Shown piece after piece: positions 9,963 to 16,601 of a stretch of DNA of 57,459 nucleotides (the first letter of the stretch is position 1; each line of letters opens with the position of its first letter). The DNA is from Myxococcales bacterium (GTDB taxonomy: Bacteria; Myxococcota; Myxococcia; Myxococcales; JAKAPL01). The notes beneath the pieces are model-generated. The model was not told where the DNA came from. It was given only the letters and a program-made list of their open reading frames with translations, and searched no databases. The stretch is taken from NCBI GenBank assembly GCA_035508175.1, contig DATJNL010000021.1, positions 1 to 57,459 on the forward strand, given 5' to 3'. Made by a program: the position numbers and the translations under genes.

Positions 9963-11252
9963 CTACGGGGCCGCGGGCGTGGCCGGCGCGAGCTCGGTGA
10001 ACTGCGCGCCGAGCCGGTCCGCGATGCGCGCGCGCTGCTCGAGGAGAAAGGCGATGCGGCGCTGCAGCCTCGCCACTACCGCGGCGTCCGGGATCTTCGC
10101 CGCCAGCGCCGTCGCGAGCTCGCCTTGCGCCCGCGCCACCGTGGCGTCGATGGGCACCACGTGGATCTGCGTGGGCAGCTTCGCGTTCCGCTGCCGCGCG
10201 AGCGCGTTGTTGTCGGTCCACAGCGGCACCAGCGTCACCGGCCCGAGCTCCACGCGCGGCGGGCCCGCCGCGTACTGCCGCTTCTCGAGCGTCACCTCCA
10301 GCAGCACGCCGTCGCGCGTGTCGGCCTGGCTGTCCGGGTTCACGCCGGGCGCGTAGAGCCGGCTCTGATTCGAGATGAAGTTGCCGAGCGAGTACGCCAC
10401 GAGCGCCACGCGGCCGTCCGCCGCCGGGTACAGCTCGAGCGGCTGCAGCACGTGCGGGTGGCTCCCGAGGATCAGGCCGGCGCCCGCGTCCACCAGCGCG
10501 TGCGCGAGCTCCGCCTCGCCGGGGTCGGGCACCTTCGCGTACTCGGTGCCCCAGTGGATCGACACGATCACGAAGTCGGCCTGCTTGCGCGCGGCGGCGA
10601 TCGCGGCCGTCATCTCCGCCGGGTCCGCCGGGGCGACCCGCGGCGCCTTCGGATCGTCCACGTCGAGGTTCTGGTTGAAGCGCGCGGTGAAGCCGATGAA
10701 CGCGAGCCGGATGCCGTGCACCTCGAGGTACACCACGCGCTCCGCCTCGGCCCGGTCGCGCCCCGCGCCCACTTCCTGCAGCCCCGCCGCCAGCACGTTG
10801 GCCACCGTCTCGGCCACGCCCGCGCGCCCCTGGTCGAAGGCGTGGTTGTTCGCGCACGAGACCACGCCGAAGCCCGCGGCCTTCACCGCGGCGAGCACGA
10901 TGGGCGGCGCGTTGAACACGAACGGCTTCGTGCCGCGCCCGGCCTTCGGCGCCACCGGGAACTCGAGGTTCCCGAAGGCCAGGTCCACGCGGTGCAGCTC
11001 GGGCGCGACCGCGCTGAACAGCCCGTCGAAGCCGTCGTGGTTGGTGGACGCCCCCTTCACGCGCACGTCCTGCGCCGCCGCGGCGTCCTTCACCGCCTCG
11101 TGCATCATCACGTCGCCGGTGGCGGCCAGCGTGAGCGAGGCCAGGACCTTCGGAGCGGGCGCACCCGGCGCGAGCGGTGGCAGCGTGGCGGCGCATCGGC
11201 AAGGGAGGGCAGGGGGCGCCGAGAGGAACAGGGCCAGCAGCGCGGCGAGCAT
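9963..11252 (-). CDS. CapA-family (PGA_cap) metallophosphatase-like protein, secreted
   Basis: The 429-aa ORF has a signal-like N-terminus and the motifs ATGDVMMH, SCANNHAFDQG and SIHWGTEY...GSHPHV, typical of poly-gamma-glutamate CapA-type proteins. Confidence 0.8.
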   Translation of the reverse strand: MLAALLALFLSAPPALPCRCAATLPPLAPGAPAPKVLASLTLAATGDVMMHEAVKDAAAAQDVRVKGASTNHDGFDGLFSAVAPELHRVDLAFGNLEFPVAPKAGRGTKPFVFNAPPIVLAAVKAAGFGVVSCANNHAFDQGRAGVAETVANVLAAGLQEVGAGRDRAEAERVVYLEVHGIRLAFIGFTARFNQNLDVDDPKAPRVAPADPAEMTAAIAAARKQADFVIVSIHWGTEYAKVPDPGEAELAHALVDAGAGLILGSHPHVLQPLELYPAADGRVALVAYSLGNFISNQSRLYAPGVNPDSQADTRDGVLLEVTLEKRQYAAGPPRVELGPVTLVPLWTDNNALARQRNAKLPTQIHVVPIDATVARAQGELATALAAKIPDAAVVARLQRRIAFLLEQRARIADRLGAQFTELAPATPAAP

Positions 11253-11387
11253 CCGCGCAGTCTAGCAGGCCGGCGAGGCCGCCTCGACAATCGCTTTCCG
11301 CTGCCAACGGCTGGAGCAAGACCTGCAGCCGTCGGAACCGGAAGGCCTGTGGCCGCGGTCGGTCGCTGCCATCCTCACCCAGGCGAC

Positions 11388-11400
11388 TTGATGTTATCAA
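11388..11400 (+). promoter_or_regulatory. Candidate operator palindrome TTGAT-N3-ATCAA in an AT-rich patch
   Basis: TTGATGTTATCAA lies directly upstream of the ATG at 11404. The surrounding sequence gatgttatcaaaaaatgagatatatttc is the most AT-rich stretch I noticed in the window. Confidence 0.35.
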
Positions 11401-11403
11401 AAA

Positions 11404-12171
11404 ATGAGATATATTTCTGCGGTGCTCGACTACCTCGTCACCTCGAAGGCTCGCCGCCGGTTGCTGACGCTACTGTGGAGACAGGGGGCGTCCGGCTCGG
11501 CTTCTGCGCTGGCCCAGCAAGCGCACGTCGCCTTTGCGAGCGTGCACCGCGAACTGCAGGCGATGAAGCTGCTCGGCCTCGTCGTCTCGAGGCGGGAGAA
11601 CGCTGCCGAGGTCTTCCGAGCCAACGAGGCCTCGCCGTTTGCCCAGGTGCTGCACGAACTGTCGCGGCCGGTTCCATCGATGCTGGCTGCCGACCCTGCA
11701 GCGGTGCGTACGCGTGGCGAGCTGAGGACGCTTGGCGCTCCTCTCCTCGATCCCCCGGTCGATGTCTCGGAGGTCGAGGCCGCGCTCGTGCGAGGCGCCG
11801 CGTTGTCGCACCGGGATCCGACGGTCGCTCGCGTCCTGCCGCTGTGCTTCCATCGATCGGTGCGAGACCGGCACCTCGACGTCGACCGGCTCCTGCGCCT
11901 CGCCCGTGATTCGAGCGAAAAGCAGGCGGTCGGGTTCTTCCTGGATCTGACGGGATCGCTGTCGGGTGACCGGCGCCTGAAACGTTGGGCGTCACGCTTT
12001 CGGGATCGTCGATGCGCCGAGGGTGCGCGCAGCTTCTTCGTCGAATCCTCGCCGGCAGCGCGCGAAGCTGCGAGCCAGAACACACCGGCCGTGGCCAGGC
12101 GGTGGGGTTTGCGCATGAACATGGGCCTCGGCGCGTTCAAGTCGATGTACGAGAAGCACGTCGATGCGTAG
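11404..12171 (+). CDS. Winged-helix (ArsR/MarR-like) DNA-binding protein with an uncharacterised C-terminal domain; putative antitoxin or regulator
   Basis: The 255-aa ORF has an N-terminal wHTH-like stretch SKARRRLLTLLWRQGASGSASALAQQAHVAFASVHRELQAMKLLGLVVSRRE. Its 3' end overlaps the next gene by 8 nt (ATGCGTAG). Confidence 0.65.
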   Translation: MRYISAVLDYLVTSKARRRLLTLLWRQGASGSASALAQQAHVAFASVHRELQAMKLLGLVVSRRENAAEVFRANEASPFAQVLHELSRPVPSMLAADPAAVRTRGELRTLGAPLLDPPVDVSEVEAALVRGAALSHRDPTVARVLPLCFHRSVRDRHLDVDRLLRLARDSSEKQAVGFFLDLTGSLSGDRRLKRWASRFRDRRCAEGARSFFVESSPAAREAASQNTPAVARRWGLRMNMGLGAFKSMYEKHVDA

Positions 12172-12730
12172 CTACACGCCGGGAGACCTGCGCGTCTTCC
12201 TGAGAGCGGTGGACGCACATCTCGCGCGAACCGCCGAGCTCAAGGTCATGGGCGGAGGCGCCATCGCTCTCGCCTACGGTGTCCTCCTGAGCACCTCGGA
12301 CATCGACACGTTCGAGACGGATCTGGACGCCGTCGCAGACGCCATTCAGAAGGCGCAAGCGAGCACCGGGCTTCCCATCCAGGTGTCTCCGCTCGGCGGG
12401 AGCGTCGGCGACTGGCCCGAGAACAGCGGGGAGCGCTTGATTCGCGTGATGCCGGAGCTGCCGAGGTTGTCGATCTTTGCCCTCGAACAGCACGATTTGG
12501 CACTCAGCAAGAGCGTCCGAGGTTACGAGAACGACCTCGCTGCGATCGAGCAGCTACACGGGCGCCTCGCGCTCGACAGGGACGTCCTCGTGAGGCGCTA
12601 CGTGCACGAGATGGCCCACGCAATTGGTGACCCGGTTCGTCTCGATCGCAACTTCATCCTGATGATCGACCGTCTCTTCGGCGAGACCGCCGCTGAAGAG
12701 GTAGAGGTGCTGCTGGCCTCCCGCCGCTGA
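12164..12730 (+). CDS. Minimal nucleotidyltransferase (MNT/AbiEii/DUF6036-like)
   Basis: The 188-aa ORF carries a pol-beta NTase signature, GGGAIALAYGVLLSTSDIDTF (G[GS]-x9-13-DxD), and is translationally coupled to the wHTH gene. Confidence 0.7.
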   Translation: MRSYTPGDLRVFLRAVDAHLARTAELKVMGGGAIALAYGVLLSTSDIDTFETDLDAVADAIQKAQASTGLPIQVSPLGGSVGDWPENSGERLIRVMPELPRLSIFALEQHDLALSKSVRGYENDLAAIEQLHGRLALDRDVLVRRYVHEMAHAIGDPVRLDRNFILMIDRLFGETAAEEVEVLLASRR

Positions 12731-12824
12731 TTCTCGTGGCCAGCCCGTGAGACCTGGTTGGCGCGTTCGATGGGGGTCTTGCTCGGCCGATCCTGGAGGA
12801 ACTGCTTGTAGCGGTAGACGGGGC

Positions 12825-14810
12825 CTAGCCGGGGCAAATTCCCGCGTCGCCGCACGAGAAAGGAATGGCCGGCAGGCAACCGTAGCCGAGCACGCACTCG
12901 CCGAGGAAGCATGCCGGCGTTGGGCAATCGAGGTCGGCGCCGCACGGGCTGCCGGTCTCCGTGCAGGCCCCGGCGTCGGTGCAGGTATCTGCCGGGCAGT
13001 CGGCTGTCGTACGGCAACCGGCGGTCCCCACGAGGCCGCCGTCGGCACACCAGCACGGAGTTCCTACCAGGCTAGGGCCGCCGCAGGCGCAGATCCCGAG
13101 ATCCGCGGGGACGCCCAAGGGCGTGCACACGAAACCGCCTGGGCAAGCGCCAGAAGCGGAGCAGTCCGCCGCGCAGATGAACCCACAGCCTCCATCATCG
13201 CAGCCGTCGAGGTCCCGCTGCGCGGGGAGACAGGTGCCGCCCGCATTCAGGCAGGCCGTTGAAGCCCCAGGGGCACAGGTCAAGCACGCAGGGGCCGTCC
13301 GGGCACAATCGTACCCGCAGCGCCCTGCGTCGCAGGCCTGTCCGGCAGAGCAGGAAGCCCCACACGCTCCGCAGTTGGCGAGGTCGGCCTCCTCATTCGT
13401 GCAGGTCCCCGCGCAGCACGCGCCGCTCTCGCATTCGCCGGCACTGACGCAAGGCATGCCGAGGCCGCGCGTTGGTGCCGGAGCCGCGGCTGCAACCGGT
13501 AGAAGCTCCATGACCCGTCCGTCCTGGAAGCCTGCGTCGGGGGTCCCCGTGTCGTTCCAGAAGAGCGTCCCCGAGGTGGCGACCAGCGCCGGGGGGCTGA
13601 CGGACGGCTGTCCCCCGACCAGCAGCGTGGGCGCCCCTCCATCGATCCGGATCGATTCGATTCTCACGTCGGTCTGGGACAGCACGTTGTCGGTCCAGAA
13701 GATCGTTGTGCGGCCCAGCGCCAGGGTCCCTGGCCATGTCAGAGACGACGCCAGGGTGACGGTCGCGCCCCCGTCTCGGGCCACCGCCATGAGGGTGCCG
13801 TCTCCGGGTTGGGGGATGGCGCCCGGGACGCAGCCGTACTCGCCCAGGTTCAGCCAGTAGAGATTCCCTTGGTCCAATGTCAGAGCCGTGGGCTGGTGCT
13901 GGCCTGCTGCCAGCACGCGAGGCCGGCCGCCGGACAGGGGGCGAGCAAGGATGGCGCCATCCGTACACTTCGGAGGAGAGCCCGAGGCGGCCCAGTAGAG
14001 ATAGCCGTCGTCGATGACGAAGGCGGTTGCCCCACTGGCGAGCAGAACCCGTCCGCCATCCAAAGGATCAGCTCGGGGCAAGCGGACGATGTCCCCGGCC
14101 TGGTAGGGCGGTCCGGAGTACAGCCATTCGGCGTCGACGTAGGATCCTTGTTCCCCATGCGCCTGGACCAGAGAGAACGGGCCACCATCTAGCGATGTCG
14201 ACGCGATCCCATAGTTGGCCCCGAACCACCAGAGCGCCCTTCCGTCCACAAAGGGGGCTTCTGCCCATTGGTTCTCCTGGTTCTCCGCCGAGACCGGCGA
14301 GAGGCCTCCCCCCTCCAGGTCGACTTGCCAGACGATTGGCTCCCCGGGATTCGCGCCGAAATTCGTGCCAAACAAAGCCGGTCCCCAGAGGGCCAAGCCG
14401 CTGGCGGGCTGTTGGGTCACGGTGATCAGGCAACGCCCGCGAATGCAAGCACTGGGGCCAGCGTCCGTCGGAGACGCGGGGCACGCGAAGCCGCAGGCAC
14501 CGCAGTTCGCGGGGTCGGCCAGGGTGTCGACGCATGCACCTCCGCACGCCGTCTCTGCACCGCCGTCGCTCGGCGGGCAGGCGCATTCGCCCGCGGTGCA
14601 AACGCTCCCCGTGAGCGATGCCTGGCAATCGAGGTCGGATCCACATCCGCCATCCCCGCCGTCCCGCCCTCCGTCGGCACCCGGCGTTCGCCCTGCATCC
14701 TGCCCGCCATCCGTCTGCCCACCATCGGTCTGGCCGCCGTCCCCGGGCGGCGAAGGCGGCTTGCAGGCGGAAGCCACAACGGCCAGCAACATGAAGGCTG
14801 CGGGCTTCAC
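12825..14810 (-). CDS. Cys-rich lipoprotein with a beta-propeller (YWTD/LYW-type blades) and a C-terminal Cys-knot-like region
   Basis: The 661-aa ORF has a GTG start and the lipobox VVASAC. Blade signatures are GYLYWAA, GNLYWLN, TTIFWTD and GTLFWND. The motif NCGACG-x2-C occurs twice. The start lies 3 nt after the upstream stop. Confidence 0.8.
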   Translation of the reverse strand: MKPAAFMLLAVVASACKPPSPPGDGGQTDGGQTDGGQDAGRTPGADGGRDGGDGGCGSDLDCQASLTGSVCTAGECACPPSDGGAETACGGACVDTLADPANCGACGFACPASPTDAGPSACIRGRCLITVTQQPASGLALWGPALFGTNFGANPGEPIVWQVDLEGGGLSPVSAENQENQWAEAPFVDGRALWWFGANYGIASTSLDGGPFSLVQAHGEQGSYVDAEWLYSGPPYQAGDIVRLPRADPLDGGRVLLASGATAFVIDDGYLYWAASGSPPKCTDGAILARPLSGGRPRVLAAGQHQPTALTLDQGNLYWLNLGEYGCVPGAIPQPGDGTLMAVARDGGATVTLASSLTWPGTLALGRTTIFWTDNVLSQTDVRIESIRIDGGAPTLLVGGQPSVSPPALVATSGTLFWNDTGTPDAGFQDGRVMELLPVAAAAPAPTRGLGMPCVSAGECESGACCAGTCTNEEADLANCGACGASCSAGQACDAGRCGYDCARTAPACLTCAPGASTACLNAGGTCLPAQRDLDGCDDGGCGFICAADCSASGACPGGFVCTPLGVPADLGICACGGPSLVGTPCWCADGGLVGTAGCRTTADCPADTCTDAGACTETGSPCGADLDCPTPACFLGECVLGYGCLPAIPFSCGDAGICPG

Positions 14811-14813
14811 AGG

Positions 14814-15362
14814 TCAGGGCAGGGCGAGGGTGCAATAGACGGTCGGAGGACCTGCGTCTCCGTACGGCAGCGTCTCGGCACAGCGGTAGCAAACGAGATC
14901 GCCGAGTGACCCCGCGTCGAAGCCGACGAGGCCGGTCGCCGGCGGAGCTTGCGAGGTGAAATAGGGCGCGCAGTCGCAGATGTCCCCCAGCGTGCACCCG
15001 TCCGGAACGGCGCGGCACGCACCCGGGTAGACGCCCGAATGTTCCTCGCTGGTCGCGAAGTACTCGCAGAGCTCGGCGGAGGGGCAAGCGAGGCACGGCG
15101 CCACGGTTTCCCCGCCGGCGTCGTCGACGTAGAGGCACTGGACCGGGCTACTGCAAGGCAGCAGGCCGGCGTCTCCACCGCTCGGGACGAACCAGCCAGT
15201 GCCAGCGTCCGGGAGCAGTACTCCGAAGCCGCCGGCATCCACGGAGCCGGGACCTACGGCCGCGGGGAGGTTCTCCGGCGCAAGCGAGTTGGGCGAGCAC
15301 GTGGTCAACAGGGGCAGAAAGCACGTCAGGGTGCCTAGCTTCCTACGAGCCACAAGCGGCAT
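14814..15362 (-). CDS. Cys-rich lipoprotein, function unknown
   Basis: The 182-aa ORF has the lipobox PLLTTC, 14 further Cys residues and good high-GC codon usage. Confidence 0.75.
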   Translation of the reverse strand: MPLVARRKLGTLTCFLPLLTTCSPNSLAPENLPAAVGPGSVDAGGFGVLLPDAGTGWFVPSGGDAGLLPCSSPVQCLYVDDAGGETVAPCLACPSAELCEYFATSEEHSGVYPGACRAVPDGCTLGDICDCAPYFTSQAPPATGLVGFDAGSLGDLVCYRCAETLPYGDAGPPTVYCTLALP

Positions 15363-15981
15363 TAGAACAAACGCCAGACGGGCAGGCTACCCCGCACCCG
15401 CCGCAGTTGGTGCGAGTTCCTATCGAAGAAGCGGGGTCACCCCCTTCGAAGGCGAACCAATTCCTCTCGACGAGGCAGTAGTTCTCTTCGAAGAGGAACG
15501 AGCTCCTCTCGCAGAAGCGGCCGTTCCTTTCGAAGAGGAACGAGCTCTTCTCGCAGAGGCGGTCGTTCCTTTCGAAGAGGAACGACCTCTTCTCGCAGAG
15601 GCGGTCGTTCCTTTCGAAAAGGAACGAGCTCTTCTCGCAGAAGGGGTTGTTCCCTTCGAAGATGAACCAGCTCCTCTCGCAAGGGAGGTGGTTCCTTTCG
15701 AAAGGGAACGATCTCTTCTCGCAGAAGCGGTCACTCCTTTCGAAGGGGAGCGATCTCCTTTCGCAGAAGCGGTCACTCCTTTCGAAAAGGAACGAGAGCC
15801 TCGCGCAGAAGCGTTCGTTTCTTTCGCGAGGGACCGACCTGTTCTCCCTCCGAACCGCCTTGCCGACCTTCCTGCACGGGTGCGGTGACCCACCGCAGCC
15901 TCGCATCATCGACCTTCGCTCGCGGGCTGGCGAGCGATCGTCGCCGACGAGCGGAGGACTTCGACGCCTTTGGCCTGACAC
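15343..15981 (-). CDS. Candidate 14-aa-repeat protein (FLFERNDRLCEKRS, about 10 copies) ending in an NCGGCGVACPSGVC motif; coding status uncertain, possibly a gene remnant
   Basis: The repeat part has high GC3 (13 of 14 codons per unit). The C-terminal motif matches the NCGxCGxxC motif of the downstream 661-aa protein. Its 3' end overlaps the next gene by 20 nt. It has no signal peptide, and the + frame that shares its wobble positions is also open. Confidence 0.3.
   Translation of the reverse strand: MSGQRRRSPPLVGDDRSPARERRSMMRGCGGSPHPCRKVGKAVRRENRSVPRERNERFCARLSFLFERSDRFCERRSLPFERSDRFCEKRSFPFERNHLPCERSWFIFEGNNPFCEKSSFLFERNDRLCEKRSFLFERNDRLCEKSSFLFERNGRFCERSSFLFEENYCLVERNWFAFEGGDPASSIGTRTNCGGCGVACPSGVCSNAACGS
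15417..15857. repeat. Array of about 21 units of 21 nt (about 10 units of 42 nt) alternating two palindromic unit types
   Basis: Type X is CGTTCCTTTCGAAGAGGAACG, with 7-bp arms CGTTCCT/AGGAACG around TTCGAAG. Type Y is AGCTCTTCTCGCAGAGGCGGT, with CTTCT-CGC-AGAAG. Boundaries at 15522, 15564, 15606, 15648, 15690, 15732 and 15774 are exactly 42 nt apart. Confidence 0.85.
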
Positions 15982-16046
15982 CGCGCCGAGCCCGCGAGAC
16001 GATCCTCTCGCCGCGCTCCGCGAACCGTGCTAAGCGCTGCGGCCCC

Positions 16047-16460
16047 ATGAGATCCTCGAGAGGGAAGATTGCGGGAGCCGCGCTGTGCCTCCTCTTGGCC
16101 TGCGCCTCCGACCCTTGCAGCGACGGCGCGTCCGCCGCGCAGAACGTCGCCAACTACATCGCGGGCTGCGCCGCCAGCGATCAGGGCTTCTTCGGCGGCT
16201 ACTCGCCCTGCTTCGATCAGAACGCGTGCGAGACGAACTTGAAGTCGTGCTCGCAGGCCGATCGCGCGGTGCTCGAGGCCACGGCGAAGTGCCAGAACGA
16301 GTACGCCGCGAGCAACGCGTGCACGTTCGCGGAGCTGCAAACCTACGACTCCTGCGCGGCCTCGGCGACCACGGCGGCCGACGGGGGGAGCGCTCTCTCG
16401 CCTGCCTGCGCCGAGGCCTTCTCGCAGAACCCTGGCAGCTGCGGGGCCGACGCCGGGTGA
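16047..16460 (+). CDS. Small Cys-rich lipoprotein
   Basis: The internal ATG at 16047 of track ORF 15885..16460 gives MRSSRGKIAGAALCLLLACASDPC, with lipobox LLLAC, and about 11 Cys in the mature part. Confidence 0.7.
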   Translation: MRSSRGKIAGAALCLLLACASDPCSDGASAAQNVANYIAGCAASDQGFFGGYSPCFDQNACETNLKSCSQADRAVLEATAKCQNEYAASNACTFAELQTYDSCAASATTAADGGSALSPACAEAFSQNPGSCGADAG

Positions 16461-16467
16461 GCGATCT

Positions 16468-16481
16468 TGACAAAAATGTCA
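16468..16481 (+). promoter_or_regulatory. AT-rich palindrome TGACA-AAAA-TGTCA (includes a TTGACA hexamer) upstream of the envelope operon
   Basis: The sequence cTTGACAAAAATGTCAgaca is a perfect 5-bp inverted repeat lying 120 nt upstream of the beta-barrel gene start. Confidence 0.3.
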
Positions 16482-16601
16482 GACAACCAGAGCGGGTACC
16501 CACTTGCCTTTGTGGGAGCCGGGTGCTACATGCGCGTGCTCTTGGATGACGAGCGCATGAAGTTTCGGACACGAACTGGTGGCGGCGTGGAGGTATTCCC
16601 C

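Noticed and set aside
11791-11811. An R-x5-H string (RGAALSH) in the wHTH protein, considered as evidence for a HEPN RNase domain and hence a HEPN-MNT system.
   Set aside because: The motif is too short and is expected by chance in an Arg-rich protein. No other HEPN features are visible by eye. It is mentioned in the TA finding only as something to test with profile searches.
16490-16510. A sigma54-type promoter (GG-N10-GC, cgGGTACccacTTGCc) upstream of the beta-barrel gene.
   Set aside because: The better -24 match (GGTAC) is spaced one nt too close to TTGC. The alternative alignment with correct spacing has a poor -24 element. Sigma54 promoters are strict about spacing, so this is not reported.
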